The position numbers and the translations under genes were made by a program. The notes under the pieces were generated by a model, which did not search any database, was not told the DNA's origin, and was given only the letters and a program-made list of their open reading frames with translations. A DNA stretch of 64,000 nucleotides from Octopus sinensis (taxonomy: Eukaryota), in contig NC_043006.1 in assembly GCF_006345805.1 (NCBI RefSeq), positions 33,604,001 to 33,668,000 on the forward strand. The letters are read 5' to 3'. The number at the start of each line of letters is the position of its first letter. Positions within the stretch are counted from its first letter, which is position 1. This document shows, one piece after another, positions 13,584 to 25,900 of the stretch.

Positions 13584-13622
13584 TATATATATATCATCAT
13601 CGTCGTCAACGTCTCCATGGAC

Positions 13623-13672
<50 letters not shown>

Positions 13673-14964
13673 GTATTTAAACATATCAAAGGGAGATGGA
13701 AAATTAATTAAAATTTTCACTAAGTCCTTGGATAATTTTCAGTTTTAAAAGTTGGCATTTTTTTATTGCTGGCGAAGGGCTGCGTCTGGGCAGTAGATTT
13801 TGAAAAAATTAGGATATATAAACGGGAGGCATATAGTTTGATTGCCTCGTTGTTTATATATTTAACCCAAGGTGTACCCGTTGAGGATGATTTCACCTCG
13901 TGAGCAAATATTATTTGCTTGCTAAACTAAAATCAGAAACCAATTGGTCCAGGAAGCTTGATGGTAAAATGATTTTATTTTTCATTTTGTTCCTGTCGAA
14001 TTTTATCCCTAATTTTTGTGGTTATAGAACCTAGCTGTTCTTTCTAGCGTGTTGAATTCCACGAGTGGATTCCTTATGTGTTTAAATGTACACTATATAT
14101 TATATATATATAGTCTTCTCAAATGCTTCTCTGAGAAAAAGACAAAAAAAAGAGCGTGTTTTCAATTTGTTGAAACAACAAAAAAGTTTATAAGGAACCC
14201 TGGACACTTTGTAGATAAAAGCTTGTTTGTTGGCGCTTTAAAATGTCTAATAAATGGTAGCATTGCAGACAGCCAAGCGTTGTCCATCGCATGTTTCCAT
14301 GGATACGGTTAAATTTAGTCACTTCTCAATAGCAGCATTAACAATCATAGAAGGATTAAGTCAACAAAGAAAAAAAAAATAGTTTAAAGAGATAAAAATG
14401 TGGTTGATTCTATTATTGTAGTTGTATAGCCCTCGGTCACTTGACAGATAAGACCTGATCTAATGTGATCCAACCATGCCTAACCTGCAATTTGAATCAG
14501 ACATGATGTGACCCTGACTACATTATCTGACGTGACCCTTATTATTAAGATATTAAAGATGTGATATAAGGAACATTTAGCTGCTATGTCTAACAGGTTG
14601 AGTAACCATGTAGAGGCTTCTTCACTGCTGCTGCTGCTGCTGTTGTAGAGTTTTCGTTGTGTTATTATATCCACAACATGTGACTATTACAATCAATCAA
14701 AGGAGACTTTTAGAACTCACTATGGTTGAGACTGTGTCAATTGATTGGCTGAAAGAGTCGAGATGGTTGACATTTGTATTATTTGCTATCTTTCTATTAT
14801 TTTTTCCTGTTGCCAGGCTCTGCCACTAGTTGCAGTGAATGATGATGATGATGATTGTCTACTGGGAATTCATAGATGCTACTGCCAGGGATGTGGTTGG
14901 TACAAATAAATGGAAAAACTTAATTTCAGAGTCATGACACACATGATGGTGATGGTGATGATGA

Positions 14965-15350
14965 TGAGGATGATGTTAATAATAACAAGAGCTCTCAGAG
15001 AGTGCAAACCTCTGCCAAGGCAACAGCAACGTTCTCTCAATAATTAGCCAGAGATGATTTTTAAAATGAGAATATCTGAACTAAACTCAATTGCTCCCAA
15101 AAACAAGAATACTAAAACTGAACCCGACCGCTCTCTAAACTTAAGTAAAAAAAAACTGGAAAAATAATCCAGAATCCTTGTCCAGTACTGGATTGATCCC
15201 AAAATATAATCAGTTAGTGCCAGCCATGAGGTCAAACATCTCTGAAAGTTTCATCCGAATACATCCAGTGGTTCTTGAAATATCTTTTCTGTGGTCAAAC
15301 AAACAAATACAACTGAAAACAATATCTCCACCTCAGCCAAGGCAGAGGTA
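14965..15350. mobile_element. Non-autonomous element of unresolved class; second copy at ~58990-59295
   Basis: Shared gccagagatgatttttaaaatgagaatat...gaaagtttcatcc.aat.catccag...aactgaaaacaata sequence; resembles DINE/HINE-type elements (unverified). Confidence 0.55.
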
Positions 15351-15651
15351 ATAATGAGAATTTTCTAGCTTTTACTTGTTTCAGTCATTAGACTAGGGCT
15401 ATACTGGGGCACCACTCAAATGAATCGATTATCTTTTTAAACTCTGGTACATACTCTATCAGTCTCTTTTGCTAAACTGCTAAGTTACAGGAACATAAAC
15501 ACACCATCACCAGTTGTCAAGCAGTGATGGGGGACAAACACAAAGATACACACACAGCATACATATATACACACATAATGGGCTTCTTTCAGTTTCCATC
15601 CACCACATCCACTCACAAGGCTTTGATTGGCCTGAGGCCATAGTAGAAGAC

Positions 15652-16035
15652 GTGGAGGCACAATGGCCCAGTGGTTAGGGCAGCGGACTCGCGGTCGTAG
15701 GATCGCGTTTTCGATTCCCAGACCGGGCGTTGTGAGTGTTTATTGAGTGAAAACACCTAAAGCTCCACGAGGCTCCGGCAGGGATGGTGGTGATCCCTGC
15801 TGTACTCTTTCACCACAACTTTCTCTCACTCTTACTTCCTGTTTCTGTTGTACCTGTATTTCAAAGGGCCGGCCTTGTCACTCTCTGTGTCACGCTGAAT
15901 ATCCCCGAGAACTACGTTAAGGGTACACGTGTCTGTGGAGTGCTCAGCCACTTACACGTTAATTTCACAAGCAGGCTGTTCCGTTGATCGGATCAACCGG
16001 AACCCTCGTCATCGGAACTGACGGAGTGCTTCCAT
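15652..16035 (+). mobile_element. Young full-length tRNA-derived SINE inserted into an older SINE
   Basis: 14-bp TSD CCATAGTAGAAGAC (15638-15651 and 16036-16049); A/B-box head; CpG-rich; ends in tcca repeats. An older partial minus copy lies at ~45430-45690. Confidence 0.9.
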
Positions 16036-16245
16036 CCATAGTAGAAGACACTTGTTCTAGGTGCCACACAGTGGGACTGAATCCAGAATCATGCGGCTGG
16101 GAAGCAAACTTCTTACCACACAGCCATGATCAATGCTGTCTTTTGTTTGCCACAAGAGTAGCAAATGAAAAGACATTAAGATTGCATATTACAAAAATGA
16201 TGGGGTGGAGTTTTATACAGAACTGATAACAAAAACAAGAGGTGC

Positions 16246-16276
<31 letters not shown>

Positions 16277-18341
16277 AAGAGGTATTGAAACAATGATATG
16301 CAAAAGAAGGAAAATAGTGAGACAGCTACCAAATGAGAATCAAGGAATTCTACAAATCCAAGATAAAACCGTTTTCTTCCTTCCTCAGATGTGTCTTTAG
16401 CTTATAAGGTGCATATTGAAAGTAGACTCAATCCCCTGGGTTGTTTACCAACTGTTTCCCAGACAGCATCAATAAGTATGCGACCCAGAGGACAAATATT
16501 CATCAAATGTAAATAAAGTATGGAGAGTTGTCAAGAACTATGCAACCAAGAGGATGGCCATATTGGGATAAAAAAAAGTATAAAGAACAAAGGGGATTCT
16601 TCCCAAGTCATATAGAGTCCTAGAGGTGGTTTCCCAGTCTCATGCTAAAGAAACTGTCAACATGCTGCCTTCTTAATAATAATAATAATAATAATAATAA
16701 TCAGCATTACTAGGAACTGCACGCATATTGTGTAAAGTACTGTGTGTCTGAGGTCCTTGTTGTGACTTGACAGACAGTACAAAATCCTCTGGTAGATACA
16801 ATATCTTCAATCAACATCATGATATTGGATACTGTGTGACATCTTAAATAATAATCTTTTCTACTATGGGCACAAGGCCTGAAATTTGGGGGAGGGGGAT
16901 AGTCGATTTCATCAACCCCAGTGCATAACAGGTACTTATTTCATCGACCCCGAAAAGATGATAGGCAAAGTTGGTGGAATTTGAACTCAGAATGTAGCGA
17001 CGGGCGAAATACCTATTTCTTTACTACCCACAGGGGGCTAAACACAGAGAGGACAAACAAGGACAGACAAACAGGTTAAGTCAATTATATCGACCCCAGT
17101 TTGTAACTGGTACTTATTTAATCGACCCTGAAAGGATGAAAGGCAAAGTCAACCTCAGTGGAATTTGAACTCAGAACGTAGCAGCATTTTATCCAGCATG
17201 CTAACAATTTTGCTAGCCCGCTACATTTTTAATAAGAATAATAATTATAATCCTTTCTACTATAGACACAAGGTCTGAAATTTGCGAGAGGGGTACCCAA
17301 TTCATTGATCCCCAAAAGGATGAAAGGCAAAGTCGGCCTCAGCAGAACTTAAACTGAGAATGTAGTGATGGGCAAAATACCGTTAAGCATTTCATCCAGC
17401 GTGCTAATGATTCTGCCAGCTCACTGCCTTTAATAACAATAATAATAATAATAATGATGATGATGATGATGATGGTCACTCCTTTCGGTTTTGATGTATG
17501 AGTGTTTGAAGGAAAAGAAAAGAAAAAAGTGAGACAAAGAAGAAACAGCTTTAAAAATAAAAGAAGGTGCATCTATTTGCGATGGATGTGTGAATGTAAT
17601 TTGAGTCTCGGAATTGATTCTGCTATGAAGTTACACTGGGGACACTGATGATTTTGATTTTGTCTGGAATTGGACGAATGTGTCCATAGATTGCAAGATA
17701 TAATTCTTTTATTGGTCTATTTCTTCAACTCAAATTGCTTTGATGCATCATGACACATTTTATGCCTTGCAGATTAATCAAGCAATGACTACCCCAAGAT
17801 GTCAAGTTAATCTGAAGAGACTTTAGTGATTGCTTCAACTTATCCTTATATGACCTAAGGATGGGTCTTCCCTACTGTAGTATTTCCTCTACTTGTTGGC
17901 CATACAAAAGAATTTCTGGAATGTGGTCATCTTTCATTCAATAACATGTCCTACCCATCTGCACTGAATTCTCAGTAGTATGCTTTTGGTACTGTTTCTA
18001 CTATAGACACAAGGCCTGAAATGTAGCGGGAGTGAGGAGGATAGAGGATTTTATTAACCCCAGTATGCAACCGGTACTTATTTTATTGATTCTGAAAGGA
18101 TGAAAGGCAAAGTCAACCTCAATGCAATTTGAACACAGAACATAAAAATGGAGGAAATGTTGCTGAGCATTTTGTCTGGTGTACTGATGGCTCTGCCACA
18201 CTAGCCAAAATGGCAGATGATGATGATGATGACGATGACAATGGTAATAATAATAAATAATAATGTAGGAACTGAAAACAGAAACATAATCTCATATTAA
18301 TAGTAAGAAACACCTTGGTAATAATCTAAAAAAAACAAAAC

Positions 18342-18635
18342 AATGTAGACAAAAACATAACAAGAACTTATGACTTAAATCCACAGAGAATAAATGGGAA
18401 TTGTTAGAACTACAAGGAACTGTTTATGGTAACTACAATGTCACACACATACACACACACACGCATGCTGTGTTGTTGATTATCTCCAAATCGTCTCTGA
18501 TTCATACGGTCTATGATCAAAGGCATTCCAGTTGTGAACATCTTGTTTATTTTCTGGAGAATTAGTGTCCCCTGGACAATATCATTCAATGTGTGTGTGT
18601 GTGTGTTTGTTTTTTAAGATGGTAGGGTGTAGTTT
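18342..18635 (+). repeat. 294-bp direct duplication, copy 1 (copy 2 at 23574-23867)
   Basis: Same length, two substitutions seen by eye, offset 5232 bp. Confidence 0.95.
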
Positions 18636-19754
18636 GAGGGAAAACTGGGCACTATCTCTAGTAAGTTGAGCGATCACATAAAAACTTTCTCAATGGCTTA
18701 CAACAAAATAGTCACCGTGTTTTATTTTCAACCCAGAAACTTAACTCACAAATAATCCATGACAATTGGCTGTAAATAGATTCAATAAGTAGCTCTATTA
18801 TATTATCATAAAAGAAAGCTGCTAGTTAATTAGTTGTGAGTATGTAAGTTTTACTAAAATTATTAAAGTCTATATTAGTTAGATAATTCTTATAAATTTC
18901 AATTTCACTGTATTTTTACAACTTTTTCTTGTACTGTTTCCTTAAAACGCTGTCTGTCTCTCTTTCCCTCTCTTTCTTTACTGCCTCTATTTCTAACAGT
19001 TTGTCTATTTCTGTATCCTCATAACTTTCTCTTTCACTCTTTTCCTCATTCAGTTTAGTTTTTTTAATGTCTTTCTCCCTTTAATTTTTTTCATCTCTCT
19101 CATTGTACCCTTTCCCCTCTTATTTAATTTAATGCTGTTCTTCTTTATCCTGCACACTTGTTACTTTTACCATTTTTACCTTTGCAACACTGTCTACCTG
19201 TTTGTCTGTCTCTCTCTCTCTTACCTTTATTCAGTTATTTTAATTAAATGTAAGTAACTACAAAATTTTTCTTTGATATACTTTGAGAATATTTGAGAAC
19301 ATTTTTACACCCTATCTATATCAAAATTACTTGGAAATTTTTCATTTCCAGTTCCATATAATTACATTGGTAGATATGCACAAAACAACAGTTTCATACA
19401 AATACAAAAACACAAAGCAGTCTGGAGGTGATTCTGCTATGAACTGAAAACAGCTCAAGCAATGACAACTGTTTCACTGGGGTACAGTGATGAGTTTACC
19501 ATCACTTATGACTTTAAACTGGAAGAGGGAAGTATTCTATCAAACTAACTAGCCAAGCTAACCCCCATCCTTATACTCTTTATCTTTCCTCCAATCACCC
19601 ACCTACTCATGGCAGGAAATAGTGTCTTCAGGACACAGTTAGTGATCATACATCTTTAGTATGCCCATTGAAGCTATTACTAGTTGATTAGAATAATAAT
19701 TAGTTGTTTTAATACAAAAAGTGAGACAACCCTGTCCACTAAATTAAATAGATA

Positions 19755-20680
19755 AGAACCACTCCTTGAAAAATGCATTTTTTCAAAAAAAATTTTTTCA
19801 GATTCCTATATTTTATATGTTGGAGATTACAAATAAGCAGAAAAAATTTTTTTTTAAATTTCACCCCCAACCCAAACACAGACACAAATAACAAACACAC
19901 ACATACATATATATATATATGAGGGGCTTCTTTCAGTTTCCGTTTACCAAATGCACTCACAAGGCATTGGTCGGCCCGAGGCTACTGTAGAAGACACTCG
20001 CCCAAGGTGCCATGCAGTGGGACTGAACCTGGAACCATGTGGTTGGGAAGCAAGCTTCTTACCACACAGCCACTCCTGCGCCGATCGTAACGAATTGACG
20101 AACATATGCAAATCGAAATTAAATACAGACAAAAGCATTAAAGTGAAAAGAATTTGTGTTTTTCTTGTGTCTGCCTTAAATAATCATAAATAATAATTTA
20201 ATGTAAATTAAATATACACCATTTTATGAGAAACAAACATTAATGTTTAATAATTAATGTTATAAAGTCTAATAAGGGGCTCAAATTTCACCCCCTCCCT
20301 CAATTTTAAGTTTTGAACTTTTTCATCCATTTATTTATCTGTCTATTTATCCCTGTCCATTTATTCATAAAATATCTTTGTCAACTAAATGTGGCAGTCC
20401 TATAGAAGGCGGTGTTACTGTTGCTTTTAGCCCCAGAAAGACATTCATATCTATCTCTTTATACACATATCTTTTTGCTTATTGAATTTAAAATTTTGAA
20501 AATGTGGTTTCCTGCATATTCAGAATCTCTGCCATCTAAAACATAGGGGAAAAAAAATAAAATTTCAATTTAAATGGGGGGGCGGGGGGAACACCCCTAT
20601 ATTCGTAATCTCCGACATCTAAAACATAGGGATCCGAAAAAATCTTTTTTAAAAAAAGTGCATTTTTCAAGGAGAGGTGC
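19755..20680. mobile_element. Element with ~85-bp inverted termini and a SINE inserted inside (~19920-20080)
   Basis: ctccttgaaaaatgca...ggagattac at ~19757-19830 is inverted at ~20600-20675. Confidence 0.6.
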
Positions 20681-20763
20681 GAAACTGCATTAGCCCCAAA
20701 CCTTGTTATACTGTAATTAATAGCAATGTTGACCTTGAAGAAAGCATGCATTCCACAACATAC

Positions 20764-21288
20764 CTGAGTCATAAGGGGAGGGTGTCTAGGTTTTGTCCTG
20801 GAATCAGAATTAGATCGAGCTCGAAATATATTTATAAACTGTTCGACAGGTGTTGTTGGTCCAGAGTTTGGCTTGAACTGACCTACCATTTGCTCTTCCA
20901 GAATCTGTCCCATTGGCGAGAGTGTGTTCGGACTGATACTTAAAGAATGTACACCGTTCTGCTCGAATGGAGATGATGCATGCAAGTGCAGGCTGGTCGA
21001 CTCATCTATCTCAATGCTTCCAGTCAATGGCGGCTTCTTTGGTTTTTTAACTCCAGAAACATCAGATTTTGACCGAGGACGGAAAGTGTCAAAGAAACTT
21101 TTAACTTTCGAGGAATTCGGTGAATGACCTTTGCTCTCATCTCCAGATTTACTTCGATGTCGACTGTCTTTTTTTCCCAAGAAATTTGTTTTACGTCCTG
21201 TGGATCCAGTACGATATCGGTACTCTCCATCAAGTTCAGATTCTGGCAAACCATTTTCAAGCAATGGCATAGCAAAGGCACTTAAATC
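20764..21288 (-). CDS. PRKAG2: Internal coding exon (175 codons, phase 0/0) of AMP-activated protein kinase gamma subunit, long N-terminal isoform
   Basis: Acceptor tattttttgcAG|GAT (AG at 21290-21289) and donor CAG|GTATGT (GT at 20763-20762); 525 nt, open frame. Starts DLSAFAMPLLENG versus human PRKAG2 DLSSFAMPLLDGD. KSFFDTFRPRSKSD and FINIFRARSNSD resemble motifs of gamma2/SNF4Agamma N-terminal extensions (recalled, not aligned computationally). Confidence 0.88.
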
Positions 21289-21565
21289 CTGCAAAAAATA
21301 TAAAAATTTAGAATGAAATATATATTAATCAATAAAAGAACTTTATCAATTTTAACAATTTGAAATAAAAATGCAATTAAAGCAAAACAAATACTAAATG
21401 TACCAAATTAAAGAAGAAATATAAATCATATAATAAATAGATTATGTAGTTTTACCAGACACACATGTACTGTTTTATAAGGTCGAAACATTAAAGTTTC
21501 ACTTACAACCTTCTCTCAGAACTGTGTAGAATCTAATGTGTATATGTGCGTGAATGTGTGTGTAT

Positions 21566-21823
21566 CAGGGCTGTGGAGTTGGAGTCGGATTCGTGGAGTC
21601 AGAGTCGGAAACAATTAAAGAGTAGCAGGAGTTGGAATTGGTAAAACTCACAATATCTCTATTCTTTAATATAAACCAGTTATAACCTATAGGCCTACTC
21701 AAAGTACAAGTGCATGCATATGCTTTATGAGATCACTTCATTACATAAAGAGGAGTCAGAGTCGGAGGTGCCAATAGTTGAGGAGTCGGAGACGAAATTT
21801 TTAGTTTCAACTCCACAGTCCTG
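21566..21823. mobile_element. hAT-like MITE with GGAGTC subterminal repeats
   Basis: TIR cagggctgtggagttg / caactccacagtcctg; multiple ggagtc motifs; TSD only partly conserved. Confidence 0.7.
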
Positions 21824-22031
21824 GTGTCAAAATGTGACCACGTGTGTACCGTTGGCTATTTTTTTCCCTCTGTCTTCCCTTCTTAGGATCTTTCTTTCTC
21901 CTATGTTTCCAACGAAGAGCTCCGCTCGAAACATTAAACCCTTCTTCTTTCCTAAGCGTCCAATAATACTATATTTGTTCCACGTCCTCGCATTGTTGTT
22001 TTTTGTGCTGTCATGTTTGGATTAACTCTAC

Positions 22032-22074
<43 letters not shown>

Positions 22075-22907
22075 TCATCATCATCACTGTTTAATGCCCA
22101 CTTCTCCAAGCATGCTTCCATGAGTTGGATGGAATACGTTGAGACAGTTTTTCTACAGCCTGGAGCCCTTCATGTTAATAAGTAAGGTTATATTTCCTGA
22201 TGGCCAGACATGTTTTCATGGAAGATTGGAATTGAAGGACACAACTTGCATGACAATAATACCCACATACAACTATCATATGATGTCAATAGCATGGGAA
22301 ACATGTCAAATGATGATGAGGATTTTACATTATATATATATGCACATATGATGGGCTTCTTTCAGTTTCCAGCAACCAAATCCCCTCACAAGGCTCTGGT
22401 TAGCCCAGGGCTATAGTAAAAGACACTTGCTAAAAATACTTGCACAGCGGGGGAGTGAACCCAAAACCATGCAGTTGGGAAGTAAACTTCTTACCACATG
22501 GTCACCACACCTGCACCTTTTCTTTGTCTCTGAAGAAAAACAAAAAGAAAAGAAAACAGAAAAATGGCTGTTTGATAGTTTCAGATACAACTAAAAAGGT
22601 GTAACAGGTGTGATGGTCACAGCAGGAACAGCTTTGGGATGAAGTTTACTCAATCCAGATTGACCAGGGACCAGACCAAGCAACAATAAAATATGCAAAG
22701 CCAAGACACTTTGGTTTTGAGAATTCTCAAATAGATTCATTAATGTAGAGTTGGATAGACATCAAAATGAAGAAGAGAGGTTATCAATTTGGATCAAATT
22801 CCACAAGTTTGCCAAAATATTTTGATTTCGATACAATCTCTAGAAATGTTCAGTGTGTATGTAATTTGGTCAGTTGAAACTAGAACTGGCAACTACAAAT
22901 ACTTTAC

Positions 22908-22952
22908 CTGCGTGGGAGTCATGCCATTTGTCAGATCGCCACGTTGGAACAT
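22908..22952 (-). CDS. Candidate alternative first coding exon MFQRGDLTNGMTPTQ (or a 79-nt internal exon 22908-22986)
   Basis: Donor CAG|GTAAAG (GT 22907-22906) in phase 0, 1.6 kb upstream of the DLSAF acceptor. In-frame stop upstream of the ATG. Inr-like TCAGTC at 23059-23054. Alternative acceptor ctctgtgtAG at 22988-22987. Confidence 0.45.
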
Positions 22953-25900
22953 TCCAACATGGTAAACCTCATGAGCAACATGATTCCTACACAGAGGAAC
23001 TGTTCATAGTTACCAGTTCTTTTTTCAGCCAACCTAATTAAATTGTTTGTGGTGACTGAATCTTTTTCTTTCGTTTGCTACTACAAATAATATCAGTGTA
23101 CATATATGTATGTATGCATATGTGTGTGTGTGTGCATGCATGCGTGTATCATTATTCAGTTTTATTTCAAGATTTCTTGCCAATAGAAAAAGAGCTGGTT
23201 TCTAACCTAGATCCAAGGCTCTTTCATTGGAATTTCAACATCAACATTATTTTTTTTTTTGTATGTATGTATGTATGTATGTACGTATGTATGCATGCAT
23301 GCATATATACATGCAGATGTGTTTTGCTTTATGTATGTATTCTCATGCATATAGTTGCATATCTAGACATGCTAAAATATATTTAAATGATAAACTTCTG
23401 GAAAGTTTTACAGATATTTACAGTTCGAGTAATGGATTGCATCCTTTAGTCTTCGAATTAGTTTCCTCCTTTCTGGTTTTGAGAAGCTTAATTTCTAAAG
23501 ATTGGAATTTAGGCAGTGTATTCCAGCCCCACCAATAATTACAGGTATAAACCTGAATTTATTCATATGTATGAATGTAGACAAAAACATAACAAGAACT
23601 TATGACTTAAATCCACAGAGAATAGATGGGAATTGTTAGAACTACAAGGAACTGTTTATGGTAACTACAATGTCACACACATACACACACACACGCATGC
23701 TGTGTTGTTGATTATCTCCAAATCGTCTCTGATTCATACGGTCTATGATCAAAGGCATTCCAGTTGTGAACATCTTGTTTATTTTCTGGAGAACTAGTGT
23801 CCCCTGGACAATATCATTCAATGTGTGTGTGTGTGTGTTTGTTTTTTAAGATGGTAGGGTGTAGTTTAAGCCTGGTCAAAAGTGGGGTAGAGAGCCCCTT
23901 TCTCCTTTTATATTTCCTTTCAATTTTTCACAGGTGTATCCTCAGAATTGGTCCCTTCATACTGGCCATTTTTGCGACATTCACCCACCTTTCAATAAAC
24001 TTGCTACCAGACAGCACTTCCCTCTCTACTCTCATCTTCCTTTTCAAGTGAAACTTGAAAAAGTTGATGAGACCTTGGCTATAGTAATCCTTGCTACTAA
24101 AGGCACAAAGGCTGAAATTTTGGGAGAGAGGGTAAGTCAATTACAGTGCCCCAGTGTTTCACTGGTACTTAATTTATTGACCCCCAAAAGGATGAAAGGA
24201 TAAAGTCATCATCAGCGGAATTTGAACTCAGAACGTAAAGGTAGGCGAAATGCCACTAAGCATTCTGCCACCTCACCACCTTAATAATAATAATAATCTT
24301 TTCTACTATGGGCACAAGGGCTGAAATTTGGTGGGAGGGGGCCAATCGATTAGATCAACCCCAGTATGCAACTGGTACATAATTTATTGACCCCCAAATA
24401 ATAATAATGATGATGACGATGGTTTCAGATTTTAGCACAAGGCCAGCAATTTTTGAGTGAGTGGGTAAGTCGATTACATTGACCCCTGCCCCCGAGTGCA
24501 ACTGGTACTTGTTTTTATCAACTCCAAAAAGATAAAAGCCAAAGTTGACCTTGGTGGAATTTGAACCTTGATCATGAAGAATCAGAAGAAATGCTGCTAA
24601 GTAATTTTTTTGACATGCTAATGATTCTGCCGAAATTTGGTGGTATGGGGCTAGATTACATTGACCCCATTGCTTGACTGGTACTTAATTTATCAACCCA
24701 GAAAGGATGAAAGGCAAAGAGTACCTTGGCGGGATTTGAACACAGAATGTAAATAATAATAATAATAATATAATAACAATAATAATAACCTTCTTTTCTA
24801 CTCTAGGCACAAGGCCCAAAATTTTGGGGGGGTGGGCCAGTTGATTAGATTGACACAGTATGTAACTGGTACTTAATTTATCAACCCCAAAAGGATGAAA
24901 GGCAAAGTCGACCTCGGCAGAATTTGGTAAGTCAGTTACATCAATCACAGTGCTCAACTGTTATTGACCCCGAAAGAATGGAAGACAAAGTCAACCCCAG
25001 CGGAATTTGAACTCAGAACGTGAAGACGGATGAAATACCACAAAGCATTTTGTCCAGCATGCTAACGATTCTGCCAGCTTGCTGTCTTGGAAGATCGGTG
25101 ACTGTGTGTCACTTGTTTTCTATATATTGCATGCTGGAGTGAACTACTGCTATCACTAGCGGACAAGTATCCATCAGAAGATGACCACAAAGTGGTTGAA
25201 CATGTACAGACTGGTGGTCTTGTGACTGGAAGATGGGAGTGGTGCACCCTGCTGCTTGCATATATATTGGGTGAAGATTGCATTGAATAACCAGCTGGAG
25301 AATGCATTTAAATGCGGTTAAAAATAGCAGTGATGTCGGTTCCTATGGAACAGCGATGTTTAAGTAGCGATAAGAATTACTTTGTAATAATAATAGTTAT
25401 AATAGAGATATCAGCTCAGAAATTTTGGGTTATTCATTAATTTTCAACATAGCCAGTATTTTATATCTACATATTTATTGATGTCAGAAGAATGCTAAGG
25501 CAACATATGACGGGGTACAGAAAAGTTCCAGGCTTTGGATAAAAGAAAATACAGAAGGAACAGTAAATTATGATTTATTCAACATATTCTCATCTCAGAT
25601 TCATGCATCTTACACCGTGGTTCTTCAGTTTTTCTAAGCCCTGTAAAAGAACTTGGAAGGTTGGGCCTCTAAACAGGCCTTTCACATTACCCTTAAAGCT
25701 AGGTATTGACCCTGAAAGAATGAAAGGCAAAGTCAACCCCAGCAGAATTTGAACTCAGAACGTGAAGACGGATGAAATGCAACTAAACCACGATTCTGCC
25801 AGCTTGCTGCCTTGGAAGATCGGTGACTGTGTGTCACTTGTTTCCTATATATTACATGCTGGAGTGAACTACTGCTATCTCTAGCGGACAAGTACTTTTA

